The translations under genes and the position numbers were made by a program. Positions 9,098 through 18,052 of a stretch of DNA of 64,000 bases are shown one piece after another. The stretch is from a bacterium (GTDB lineage: Bacteria; J088; JAWLBW01). The notes beneath the pieces are model-generated. The model was not told the origin of the DNA and made no database searches. It saw nothing but the letters and a program-made list of their open reading frames with translations. Location of the stretch: contig JAWLHK010000005.1 of the NCBI GenBank assembly GCA_041690355.1, forward strand, positions 186,001 to 250,000, given 5' to 3'. The first letter of the stretch is position 1; each line of letters begins with the position of its first letter.

Positions 9098-11087
9098 ATT
9101 CGACCGGCACAAAAGAGCCCTCGACCTCGAGTTCCGCCTGCAGCGCTCGGAGGCGCTCCACAACCTCGAACGCCCCCCTGCCGAACGGGCCGAAACCGGA
9201 CGCGCGCTCGTCGATCTGATCTACCAGGGGCGCGACGGGCGCCGCACGAGCCATCACATCTTTCTCTTTCCGGGGCAGCCCGGACGGTTCCGCGCGGGCG
9301 ACCACGCCCTGCTCTCCTTCGCCGCGGCCGATCCGGCGGGTGCCGCCGTGCTCGAGGGCTATCCGGTCGAAATCGATTCCATTGCCGGCGAGCGCATCAT
9401 CGTCTTCCTCCGGCGCGGCGAAGCAGGCGAGGAGCTCACCCCCGGTTCCCGCTGGATACTCGACGAGCGCCCGCCGAGCTGGCAGCCGAATTACCAGCGG
9501 CTGTCCAATGCGCTGGCCCTGGCGGAGTACAGTGTTCGGCCCGGAAGCCGCCTGCGGGCCCTGCTCCAGGGCGAGCTTCCGCTGCTCTCCCTCGGCGACC
9601 CGGAAAATCCTCCGGCGGATCTCGCCGGCGTGCGCGCGCAGGAAGCCTTCGGCATGGCCATGACGCGGCCCCTGGCCGCCGTGCAGGGGCCGCCGGGAAC
9701 CGGCAAGACGTATCTGCTCGCCCGCGTGGCGCGCGCACTTCTCGATCAGGGCCTGCGGGTCGTCCTCTGCGCGTTTACCCACCGCGCCATCAACAACGCC
9801 CTGCACGCGCTGGTCGACGCGGGCGTTCCCCCCGCGCAACTCGGCAAGGTACGCGGCGGCGACGAGCGCGACCTTCCTCCGGGCATCACCGATCTCAACC
9901 GCCGCGCCTACTGGCAGAAGCCGCCGGGCGGATTTCTCGCCGCGATGACCGTCTACGGCGCCTTCGAGCCGTACTCGCGCGCCCTCGGCATCAGCGCGAG
10001 CCGCACGACCCTCCCCTATCCCGAGCGCGACGGGCGCGACGAACAGTCGTTCTGGGACGCGCTCGATCTGTACAACCGGCGGGTCGTGTCGGGCGCGCGC
10101 CTGCCCCAGCCCGAGACCCTGGCCGACGTGGTGCTGCTCGATGAATCCAGTCAGCTGACCATCCCCATGGCGCTCTGCGCGCTCGCCTGCGCGCCGCGGG
10201 TCGTGCTCTTCGGCGATCACGCCCAGCTCCCGCCGGTGAATCCGGCCGCGGCGCACTACGACACGCACCAGTCGATCTTCCACCTCGTGGCCGAACGGTA
10301 CCCCGAGACCTTCGTGCGCCTGAACGAGACGCACCGCATGAACGCGGAGCTCTGCACCTATCCGGGCGAAGCGTTTTACGCCTCGGATCTCCACCCGTCT
10401 CCCGCGGCACGCGACCGCACCTTCGCGGCGCCGGACGAAGTTCCCGCCGTCTACGCGCCGATCCTCGCGCCGCACCCGGCCAGCGTGCTCGTCGAAGTGC
10501 GCCATGAAGGGCAGGCGCAGGAAGCGCCGCTCGAGGCCCTGCTGGCGGCCGATCTGGCCCTGACGCTGCTCGAGGGGGGGCTCGATCCGCGGCGCGATCT
10601 GGCCATTCTCGCGCCGCACCGCCGCCAGACCTCAGCCATCCGCACCGCCTTCGAGCGCCTCGCCGCGACGCGCGGCGTCGCGCGGGCGCGGCTCGACGCC
10701 TGGCTCGGCGATCTGCTCGTCGACACCGTCGACCGCATGCAGGGGCAGGAGCGCGACGTCATTCTCTACTCGCTGACCGCCTCCGATCCGGGCACCCTGG
10801 ATCACGAGGGTGATTTCCTCTTTCTCCCGAACCGCTTCAACGTCGCCATCACGCGCGCCCGCCGCAAGCTGATCGTCCTGGGGAGCCCCCACTACTTCCG
10901 CCACGTGCCGCGCGCGCTGACCACTGCGGGATGGCAGGGTGAAGACGGCGCGCTCAGCCGCCGCAGACTCGACGCGGTGAACGTACTCAAGCGCTGGTAC
11001 CTCGATCATCGCGACCGGCGCTTCGATCTGACGGCCCACGCCGAGTCGCTCGCTTCCGGCACGGCGAAGAATCCGCTTCGCGCCTGA
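9090..11087 (+). CDS. SF1 DNA2/UPF1-like helicase
   Basis: QGPPGTGKT, FTHRAINN, DESSQ, GDHAQLPP, THRMN, TVDRMQGQERD, RFNVAITRAR; ATG 9090 with GAGG RBS overlaps upstream stop. Confidence 0.92.
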   Translation: MLEFDRHKRALDLEFRLQRSEALHNLERPPAERAETGRALVDLIYQGRDGRRTSHHIFLFPGQPGRFRAGDHALLSFAAADPAGAAVLEGYPVEIDSIAGERIIVFLRRGEAGEELTPGSRWILDERPPSWQPNYQRLSNALALAEYSVRPGSRLRALLQGELPLLSLGDPENPPADLAGVRAQEAFGMAMTRPLAAVQGPPGTGKTYLLARVARALLDQGLRVVLCAFTHRAINNALHALVDAGVPPAQLGKVRGGDERDLPPGITDLNRRAYWQKPPGGFLAAMTVYGAFEPYSRALGISASRTTLPYPERDGRDEQSFWDALDLYNRRVVSGARLPQPETLADVVLLDESSQLTIPMALCALACAPRVVLFGDHAQLPPVNPAAAHYDTHQSIFHLVAERYPETFVRLNETHRMNAELCTYPGEAFYASDLHPSPAARDRTFAAPDEVPAVYAPILAPHPASVLVEVRHEGQAQEAPLEALLAADLALTLLEGGLDPRRDLAILAPHRRQTSAIRTAFERLAATRGVARARLDAWLGDLLVDTVDRMQGQERDVILYSLTASDPGTLDHEGDFLFLPNRFNVAITRARRKLIVLGSPHYFRHVPRALTTAGWQGEDGALSRRRLDAVNVLKRWYLDHRDRRFDLTAHAESLASGTAKNPLRA

Positions 11088-11123
11088 TTCGGCCGGGCCC
11101 TCACGTCCCGGTTCCGCGCCACG

Positions 11124-11162
11124 AAAAAAGGCCCATGGTTCCCCTTGGAATCCATGGGCCTT
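11124..11162 (-). terminator. Intrinsic terminator of the cytochrome operon (possibly bidirectional)
   Basis: Hairpin aaggcccatgg-ttcc-cctt-ggaa-t-ccatgggcctt followed by a T run on the minus strand. Confidence 0.8.
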
Positions 11163-11215
11163 CGCAGGCAGCGGAAGTAATTCCGCGAGGCGCCTCGGCG
11201 CAGACGGCTCCAGCC

Positions 11216-13570
11216 TCAGCGCATACGACTCCAGGACAGGAACGGCGCCGCGGCGGACTCGGCCGGCGGAAGTCCGTGCACGCTGCGCACGTCGTAGGCT
11301 TCGCCCGTGCCGTGGCAGGTGGCGCAGGAGTCGTTCTCGGTCCCGTGCAGATTCGCCGTGAAGTAGTAGCTCGACGCCATCGCGTGCGCCTGGGTGCTCG
11401 ACGAGTCGTGGCAGCCGATGCACGCGGCGCCCGTGGGGGTGACGTTCAGGTCGTCCTCAGCCCCCTGCTTCGCGGCGGCGATATCGGTCGACCAGGTAAG
11501 CGCGCGATCGTAAGTCCGCACCGTGACCGCCAGCGCACTGTCGTCGATGGGGAGCTCGTAGGTTCCCGGGTTGTGGCAGGTTTCGCAGTTGGCGATGTCG
11601 TTCGGGAACTTCACGTGCTTGAAGTCATGCTCGCTGTTTCCGAACCCGTACCACAGCAAGTGATCGCCCGAGAGCTTCTCGCCCATATGGATGCCGTGGA
11701 TGAGGTACGACAGTGCAATGCTGCGCTCGGCCAGCCCGTCGGGCGCGTCCGGTACGCGGCGGTTCACGTCGGTGGCGTTCGGGTTATGGCAGGTCGCGCA
11801 GACATTCAGGTTGTTCACCCGGTTGCCGCCGTGCAGCTCGATGCGCTCGTGACAGGCATTGCACTTGTTGATGTCGGCCTTCTCCCGGCGCGGCGTCCCT
11901 TCGCTCCCCACGCCGCGAATGACCGAATCGCCGCCGATCTGGGCGTCGATGCCGCTGTCGTAGGCGCCATTCCCGTTCCGGTCAACCCGCAGGTAGCTTT
12001 CGAGCGTGGCGGCGACCATGTTTGCCCCGGCCGGAACCGTGCCGAGCTGGCCGGGAGTCGTCGTGAAGCTGCCGTCGCCGTTCGATACCAGGCCGCCGAT
12101 GAAGGTGCTGGAGAAGCCGAAGCTTCGCGTCTGGGCGTAATTCTGGCCGTTCCCCAGGTTGTTCCAGTCGCCGGGCGCGGCGACGGTTCCCTCGGTAATC
12201 GCGTGAGCAATCGTGAACCTCGGCATCCCGGTTCCGCTTGCGAGTCCTACGACCCAGACCGGCTTGTTCTTCAGATCGAGGGGCGAGCCATCGGCGAAGA
12301 TGCTGAAACGGGCGACCGGCTGATTCGAAGCGTCCAGCGTGAGCGAACTGATCTCGTACTCGATGTGCGGCAGATCACCCGGAAGGAGCGGGTTGTGCGG
12401 GGTCGAGTAATCCGTTACGTGCGCGTTTTCGACCGAATGGGTCTTGCCGGCGCCGTGGCAGGTTACGCAGCTGGCGTCGTCGGTCTGTTTGCCGGCCGCA
12501 TGGGTGGTCGTATCCGAAGTGATGTCGAGCGTGTCGTGGCAGGTCGAGCAGGCGGCGATGCTTACGGCCGTCTGCCAGCGCGCGGCCTGGGGCGTCTCGG
12601 CATTTTCGCCGTCATGGCACTTGCGGCAATTGCGCTGATCCTGCGGATAGACGACCTCGGAGAAGTCGTGCTTGCTGTCGCGGTGGCCATAGACGACGAA
12701 GTCTCCGCCGGCTTCGACGCTCGGGAGCTTCTCGCCCATGTGAATCCGGTGGACCAGCGATGAGAGGTTCATCGACTCGCCGCTGTTGGCGTCGGTCGTA
12801 CCCGGGTTGTGGCAGAGCACGCAGTACTGAACGTCGGTGCGCGCGCCGCCATGGGCCGCGAGACCGCCGTGGCAGCTCGTGCACGAAGCCGTGGCCACCA
12901 TGTCGCGGCGCAGGACCGCCTCCGTCGCGGTCGTCGCCGCGGGGCGCCAGGTGAACGTCGGGTTGCCCAGGGCCGGGTCGAGAATGTCACCGCGGAACTC
13001 GATGCCGACCCGGTGGGTGAGCGACGCGTCGAAGCTCACCGGCACGGGGGCCGTCACGGCCGTGATATCCGACGTGAAGGCATAGGCGTACACTCCGGCA
13101 GACAGCAGTTTCAGGATGCCGGTGTTCTCGGTGGTCGCCTGGATCTTCGGCTCCGTGGCCGTACCCACGCCCGGCGTCGGGGTCTCGGTGCGGTTCAGGT
13201 AGCTCACCCATTCGCCCGTATCGCCGTCGGCGGCGGGAACCAGCTTGGCCAGCGCGAACGAGGCATCGCCCGGCGCCACCGTGACCGCCCGACCGTTTTT
13301 ATAGGCCGAGAAGTAGACGGCGAGCCGGCCGTCGAGACAGCCGACCCCGAGAATTTCAGGCGCGGTGGTCTGTGCGGGGGCTTGCGGAACTTCAGTCGCG
13401 AGCGCGCTGAAAACACAGGCCTGCGCTTCGGGTTCCTCGACGACACGCGGGGGGAGCGGCTCGGAAGATGCCGCGCAACCGGCGGAAAAAAGGGCACCTG
13501 CAGCAAGCAGCGCCGCGATGTGCAGAGAGCGATGAATCCGACCCATTGGGGACTCCAGAAAGAAAATCAT
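11216..13570 (-). CDS. OmcA/MtrC-family decaheme c-type cytochrome lipoprotein
   Basis: 10 CxxCH in two groups of five separated by heme-free beta-rich domains; lipobox FSAGC; repeated LVHRIHMG/LIHGIHMG; start chosen from ATGA overlap. Confidence 0.92.
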   Translation of the reverse strand: MIFFLESPMGRIHRSLHIAALLAAGALFSAGCAASSEPLPPRVVEEPEAQACVFSALATEVPQAPAQTTAPEILGVGCLDGRLAVYFSAYKNGRAVTVAPGDASFALAKLVPAADGDTGEWVSYLNRTETPTPGVGTATEPKIQATTENTGILKLLSAGVYAYAFTSDITAVTAPVPVSFDASLTHRVGIEFRGDILDPALGNPTFTWRPAATTATEAVLRRDMVATASCTSCHGGLAAHGGARTDVQYCVLCHNPGTTDANSGESMNLSSLVHRIHMGEKLPSVEAGGDFVVYGHRDSKHDFSEVVYPQDQRNCRKCHDGENAETPQAARWQTAVSIAACSTCHDTLDITSDTTTHAAGKQTDDASCVTCHGAGKTHSVENAHVTDYSTPHNPLLPGDLPHIEYEISSLTLDASNQPVARFSIFADGSPLDLKNKPVWVVGLASGTGMPRFTIAHAITEGTVAAPGDWNNLGNGQNYAQTRSFGFSSTFIGGLVSNGDGSFTTTPGQLGTVPAGANMVAATLESYLRVDRNGNGAYDSGIDAQIGGDSVIRGVGSEGTPRREKADINKCNACHERIELHGGNRVNNLNVCATCHNPNATDVNRRVPDAPDGLAERSIALSYLIHGIHMGEKLSGDHLLWYGFGNSEHDFKHVKFPNDIANCETCHNPGTYELPIDDSALAVTVRTYDRALTWSTDIAAAKQGAEDDLNVTPTGAACIGCHDSSSTQAHAMASSYYFTANLHGTENDSCATCHGTGEAYDVRSVHGLPPAESAAAPFLSWSRMR

Positions 13571-13830
13571 GCGGCACTCCCCGTTTTGGCGGTGCGCAGG
13601 CGGTACAGAAAAAACAGCCCCATGCCGGCGGCCAGCAGCGGCGCGCCGCCCAGGGCGAAGAGAACGAACGTGTCCGGGGTGAGGCGCAACAGGGCGAGCG
13701 CTTCGAGGGCCAGTCCCGCGAGTTCGAGGCCGGCGGCCCACCGCAGCAAGCCCGCGTGCGGGTTGACTGCCGGCGCGGCCGGGCCGGTGGTGACGGCGGC
13801 GTGAACTGCCGTTTCCAGTGTGGGATTCAC
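13567..13830 (-). CDS. Small membrane protein (two predicted TM helices)
   Basis: Two hydrophobic segments; 4-nt overlaps with both neighbours. Confidence 0.7.
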   Translation of the reverse strand: MNPTLETAVHAAVTTGPAAPAVNPHAGLLRWAAGLELAGLALEALALLRLTPDTFVLFALGGAPLLAAGMGLFFLYRLRTAKTGSAA

Positions 13831-14597
13831 AGCGATGCCTCCTCTCCTGCTTCCGTGTCGGATTCCGCTTCGGCTTCGTGGTCAGACTCGGCTTCGGTAT
13901 CGTCTTCGGCAGCGTCTTCCGCTTCAGCGTCTGTTTTGACGGGCACCGGAATGCTCTTGTGCTTCCAGAATTCGTAGTCGTCGAACTCGGCGACGGCGTG
14001 CGTCACTTCATGGCAGCCCGAGGCGAGACAGGAGTTCTTGCCCTCGAGAATCGACTGGAGCGGCGCCTCGTCGGTGTCGTGGTTCTCGCTCTCCATGAAC
14101 GAGCGCGCTTCGCCATGGCACGACAGGCAGTTGCGGTTCGGGTACGGTGCGGCAATTTTGATCTCGTCGGGCACGCCGGCGATGTAATGATAGTACAGAT
14201 GCCGCAGGCCGTTGATCTTGGCCTTCACGCCGCCGAACATCGTGTATTCCGTATGGCAGGTGTAGCAGGCATGCTGCCGATCGACGAGCCGGTTCTGAAA
14301 GTGCACGGCCGGTATCGGCTCGTTGTCGTCGATGATCAGGCTCTGGCCATAGGGAATCATCTCGTGGCACGACAGGCAGAATTCGGTCGACGACGAGCGC
14401 TGCAGGCTCTCGCCGAAGCCCGACGCGAGCACGATGGCCGGCAGCACGAAGAGCGCGACGAGCAGCAGCACGGCCCCCCCGTGCTCGACCGACAGGCGCG
14501 GTCCGCGCACGATCACGTACACGAGCAGCGCGGCGGCGACGAGCAGCAGCGCGAGAATGATGTGGCCCGTGACGGAGGGGAGCGGCAGCGAGTTCAC
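13827..14597 (-). CDS. NapC/NirT-family membrane-anchored multiheme cytochrome c
   Basis: Two N-terminal TM segments, SSTEFCLSCHEM, CYTCH, AKINGLRHLY, CLSCH and a CX4CH (CLASGCH); GTGA overlap. Confidence 0.88.
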   Translation of the reverse strand: MNSLPLPSVTGHIILALLLVAAALLVYVIVRGPRLSVEHGGAVLLLVALFVLPAIVLASGFGESLQRSSSTEFCLSCHEMIPYGQSLIIDDNEPIPAVHFQNRLVDRQHACYTCHTEYTMFGGVKAKINGLRHLYYHYIAGVPDEIKIAAPYPNRNCLSCHGEARSFMESENHDTDEAPLQSILEGKNSCLASGCHEVTHAVAEFDDYEFWKHKSIPVPVKTDAEAEDAAEDDTEAESDHEAEAESDTEAGEEASL

Positions 14598-15010
14598 GGA
14601 TTGGCCCCCGCCTCGATCCACGCGAGCACGGCCTGGTAGTCGTCGTCTCCGGCAGTCCACACCGCGCCGCCCCCGTGAGGGCTCTCGCCGGCGCCTTTGC
14701 GCAGCAGCGTGCTTTCGGTCGGCGCGGCGAGATCGACGAGGCCGGCCACGACGGCGTAGTCGGCGTCGGCGTCACCCGTCAGCCGGTAGGCCGTCGCGCT
14801 GGAGGCGCCGTGGCACCCGGCGCAGCGATCGATCAGCACGGGGTGGATGTCGCCGAAAACCGCGTCGGGATCGCCGTTCGTACCGTCGGTCACCGGCGTG
14901 GGAATGTCGTCGTCGGTGCCCCCGGCGGGCGACGGGGCGCCTCGCTCGAAGTCGCCGCAGGCCAGGAGGAGCAGGGGGAGCGCGAAAAGCGCGAGTCGCT
15001 TAAAAGTCAT
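14594..15010 (-). CDS. Monoheme c-type cytochrome lipoprotein
   Basis: Lipobox LLLAC; IHPVLIDRCAGCH; SPHGGG; WIEAGA end. Confidence 0.8.
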   Translation of the reverse strand: MTFKRLALFALPLLLLACGDFERGAPSPAGGTDDDIPTPVTDGTNGDPDAVFGDIHPVLIDRCAGCHGASSATAYRLTGDADADYAVVAGLVDLAAPTESTLLRKGAGESPHGGGAVWTAGDDDYQAVLAWIEAGANP

Positions 15011-16355
15011 AGCCTATCCGCAGTCGCAGAAAGTCGTTCGCCGTTTCGTCGACCTTCTCCAGATTCCAGTAATGGGTCAGGTTGGCGCTCAGACCGTGGT
15101 GGCGAAAGGTGACGCCGAGGTTGTGGCTGGTGGCGTCGCGCACGTCGAGCCGGTTGTCGTCGATCCACGTGCCGTCGCGGTTGTCCCAGGTGCGCAGCCC
15201 CGAGCGCGCCTGCAGGTAGACCCACTCGGCGGGGTGGTACCGCACGTCGACGTAGTCGGCGAAGTGGTAGTAATCGAAGTTGGGTCCGCCCACGCCGGGG
15301 GCGCCCCCCGAGACGTCGGCGCGCAGCACGCCGAACCCGACGGCCAGGTCGCGCAGCACGGGGAGATCGGTCGGACGGTAGATCTCGACGTCGGCCCCCT
15401 GCAGCAGGAGCCGGCGGCCGTAGCCGAGCGTGTTGTAGTAGATGGAGTACCAGACGCTCAGCGGCCCCCACCCGAAGCCCAGGCGGTCGCCGACGGCAAA
15501 GCGCACGTCGTCGGATTTCGACAGATCGCTCTGCAGGCTGAGCACGGCGTCGGTGGCCGACAACGCGTGACCCTGTACGGAATAGAGATCGTTCGAAAGG
15601 GTCCACCCCTTGCCGACGTAGCGCGCCTGCGCCTGGATGCCATGCTGGGCCCAGACGACGGGCAGTACGGGCTGGTCGAAGCCGGTCAGGCCGCCGTAGG
15701 TGTGGTGAAACAGCGGCTCAGCGCCGAAGGGAACCAGAATCTTCCCGCCGCGGAACGTCCAGCGCCACGGGCTCTCGCTCGCCTGAAAGCGGGCGCCAAT
15801 CTCGTAGAACGTCAGGTCGATAATCTCGGCCGTGAAGAAGAACGGGTCGCGCCGCTCGTTGCGGCTGAGAAAGAGAAAGTGGTGATAGTTGCGCAGCGCG
15901 TTCTTGCCGTCGGCGATCTTGTCTGTGTAGCCGTAGCGCTCGTAGGAAAGGTCGAACTTGCCGTTCAGGCGCAGGCCGAGGGGCAGCGCGAGCCCTTCGC
16001 CGTGCGGGTGGCGCGAGGGCGCCGGCGCTTCGGGGGCCGCCGCAGTCTCCGCCTCGGCGGTCGCCGCCCCGACGGATTCCTCCGGCGCGGTCACGGCGGC
16101 TTCACCTTCGGCGGGGGCGGGCGGCGCGGCGGCTTCTGCCGGTGCGGCACCGGCTTCCCCGGCGGCGGCCGCAGGAACCTCTACGGCAGGGGCCGACGCG
16201 GAATCGGTGGCGGCGCCGGGGGCGGGCTCGCTCGCCGTCTCCTGGGCGAGCACGGGTACGGCTGAAATCGCAATCAGCCATCCGGTCAGGACGGCCAGCA
16301 GGGAAAATCGCACAGATGTCTCCGGAATTCTTACTCTACGTGGCAGGTTTCGCAT
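15000..16355 (-). CDS. Outer-membrane beta-barrel (porin-like) protein
   Basis: Signal peptide, Ala/Pro/Glu linker, alternating aromatic beta-strands, C-terminal LRIGYDF; start may be GTG 16313. Confidence 0.78.
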   Translation of the reverse strand: MRNLPRRVRIPETSVRFSLLAVLTGWLIAISAVPVLAQETASEPAPGAATDSASAPAVEVPAAAAGEAGAAPAEAAAPPAPAEGEAAVTAPEESVGAATAEAETAAAPEAPAPSRHPHGEGLALPLGLRLNGKFDLSYERYGYTDKIADGKNALRNYHHFLFLSRNERRDPFFFTAEIIDLTFYEIGARFQASESPWRWTFRGGKILVPFGAEPLFHHTYGGLTGFDQPVLPVVWAQHGIQAQARYVGKGWTLSNDLYSVQGHALSATDAVLSLQSDLSKSDDVRFAVGDRLGFGWGPLSVWYSIYYNTLGYGRRLLLQGADVEIYRPTDLPVLRDLAVGFGVLRADVSGGAPGVGGPNFDYYHFADYVDVRYHPAEWVYLQARSGLRTWDNRDGTWIDDNRLDVRDATSHNLGVTFRHHGLSANLTHYWNLEKVDETANDFLRLRIGYDF

Positions 16356-16690
16356 TCAACGTCGTCATCATCGGGCGACCAGGCGGTGCGCCCGTCATGA
16401 CAGGCGCCGCAGTAGCGCCCCTCGTCCATTTCTTCGTGGGTGAAACCGACGCGCGCCTGCGGAAAAATTCCCGTATGGCACTCGTAACAGCGGTAGGCGT
16501 CATGGACACCGTGCGAAAAAAGCGCAGGGGCCTCTTCGTCTTCGCGCGGCTCGACCATGGGAATGCGAAGCGACTCGGGCATCCCCAGAACCCACAGGGG
16601 CAGCCCCATCGTTCCGATCAGAAGAACGGCGAGAAACAGACCGGTTCGCAGCGCGTATCGCGCTTCTTCAGCAGGCTTTGTGTCAGCCAT
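16331..16690 (-). CDS. c7-type triheme cytochrome c
   Basis: FSHGVH, CYECH, GRYCGACH, CETCH; N-terminal hydrophobic signal/anchor. Confidence 0.88.
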   Translation of the reverse strand: MADTKPAEEARYALRTGLFLAVLLIGTMGLPLWVLGMPESLRIPMVEPREDEEAPALFSHGVHDAYRCYECHTGIFPQARVGFTHEEMDEGRYCGACHDGRTAWSPDDDDVECETCHVE

Positions 16691-16700
16691 GTCCCGTCCG

Positions 16701-17114
16701 TTATTCGTCGCCGGCGTCGTCTTCGGCGCCCGCTTCGGCGGCGGCCTTGTCGACCTTGGTCTTCTGCACGGCAAGGAACTCGGCGACCGCCTTCAGCTCG
16801 GCGTCCGAACCCTTGAACTTCTTCTTGTGCTTGACCTTCTTACCAGCGCCGTAGACCGACGGGTGCGCCTTTTTCTTCTGGAGGAACTCGGCAATCGTGG
16901 CGGCATCATAGTCCAGGCCGGTTCCCGACAGGTCGGGGCCCTTCTTGGTCTTGCCGGTTTTGGAAACTTCCTTGGCGATGCCCGCCGACGTTACGGCGTG
17001 GCAGGAATTGCAGTTCTTTTCGACGAAGATCTTCCTGCCGTCGGCGTAGCCGGCAACCGGGGTCACGGCGAGCAGCAGGCCGGCGATCGCCAGCCCAAAA
17101 ATGTATCGATTCAT
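16701..17114 (-). CDS. Periplasmic monoheme cytochrome c, Lys-rich
   Basis: Signal peptide, GRKIFVEKNCNSCH, GPDLS; GGAGG RBS. Confidence 0.88.
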   Translation of the reverse strand: MNRYIFGLAIAGLLLAVTPVAGYADGRKIFVEKNCNSCHAVTSAGIAKEVSKTGKTKKGPDLSGTGLDYDAATIAEFLQKKKAHPSVYGAGKKVKHKKKFKGSDAELKAVAEFLAVQKTKVDKAAAEAGAEDDAGDE

Positions 17115-17165
17115 GACAGGGGTCCTCCAGGGGGAGCACGGGTGCGCCCGAATGCTTCAGGGAGA

Positions 17166-17181
17166 TGCGAGCTTCGTGCCA
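17166..17181 (-). promoter_or_regulatory. sigma54 (-24/-12) promoter of the cytochrome operon
   Basis: Minus strand TGGCACGAAGCTCGCA = GG-N10-GC, close to TGGCACG-N4-TTGCW, about 50 nt upstream of ATG 17114. Confidence 0.7.
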
Positions 17182-17189
17182 CAGGCTCG

Positions 17190-17232
17190 GTTACCGTTGG
17201 TAACGTTGCCGCTCTGTATCGAAACGATACAG
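17190..17232. promoter_or_regulatory. Two perfect inverted repeats, candidate regulator sites
   Basis: gttacc-gtt-ggtaac (17190-17204) and ctgtatcg-aaa-cgatacag (17214-17232) in an AT-richer intergenic patch. Confidence 0.55.
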
Positions 17233-17308
17233 CATCACCTAGAGATAACAGTGTATCACATTTACTCCGCAAGCGCTAACCAGGCAGGCCTGCCGCAGGG
17301 TTGCGGAT

Positions 17309-17617
17309 CTACTTGCGGAATGCGCGCCCGGCCTTCTCTTCGACCGCGCGGACCTTCTCGTCGAGCCGGCCCGCGGCTCCCTTGCGGTAATCGGCCTTGA
17401 TGGAGAAGGTGACCCGGTTGTGGCGCAGCAGCATGTCGTCGAGACAGGCGCGCACGAGCGCCATGACTTCGTCATACTCGCCTTCGATGCAGGTCCCCAT
17501 GGGACCCAGGCGGTAGGGAAGCCCGCTGGCATCGATGATCTCGAGCAGCCGGGCCACGTCGGCGCTCACGCTCTCGCCGCCCCCGAGAGGCGCCATCGAC
17601 AGTTCAATCAGCAGCAT
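17309..17617 (-). CDS. MTH1187/YkoF-family thiamine-binding protein
   Basis: ELSMAPLG..SVS..VA, SGLPYRLGPMGTCIEGE, KADYR. Confidence 0.9.
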   Translation of the reverse strand: MLLIELSMAPLGGGESVSADVARLLEIIDASGLPYRLGPMGTCIEGEYDEVMALVRACLDDMLLRHNRVTFSIKADYRKGAAGRLDEKVRAVEEKAGRAFRK

Positions 17618-18020
17618 GGTCTTCTCCTGCCGCCCGGCGCACGACGGCCGCCAGCGCGCCCAGCGTCGTCCGGGCGGCGAACTCGTCGGGGGTCATCCAG
17701 GCGTGCATATCGTGTTCCGCCGATTGGACGACTTCGCCGCCCACCCATTCCGCCCGGTAGTACACGACGACCATGGGGGCCTCGCCGCGCCGGGTCTGCA
17801 GCGCATCGATCGGCCGGGGGTCGAAACGAAGCGCGAGGCCGGTCTCTTCGCGGGCCTCTCGCCGTACGGCATCCAGCGGCTGCTCTCCCGCTTCGACCCG
17901 CCCCGACGGCGTCTCCCAGAGCCCCGCGCCGGCATCCTTGTCGGCCGCGCGGCGCATGCCGAGCACCTTGCCGTCGCGGAAGATGACGGCCGAAACGGCG
18001 ACGATGAAGTTCGTGGACAC
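17604..18020 (-). CDS. NUDIX hydrolase
   Basis: Nudix box GRVEAGEQPLDAVRREAREETGL; GTG start assumed. Confidence 0.88.
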   Translation of the reverse strand: MSTNFIVAVSAVIFRDGKVLGMRRAADKDAGAGLWETPSGRVEAGEQPLDAVRREAREETGLALRFDPRPIDALQTRRGEAPMVVVYYRAEWVGGEVVQSAEHDMHAWMTPDEFAARTTLGALAAVVRRAAGEDHAAD

Positions 18021-18052
18021 GCTTCTTATGGTAACCGCTCGCGACCGCCCGG

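Noticed and set aside
15000-16355. Calling the barrel MtrB
   Set aside because: Much shorter than MtrB-family barrels and no decaheme MtrA is adjacent
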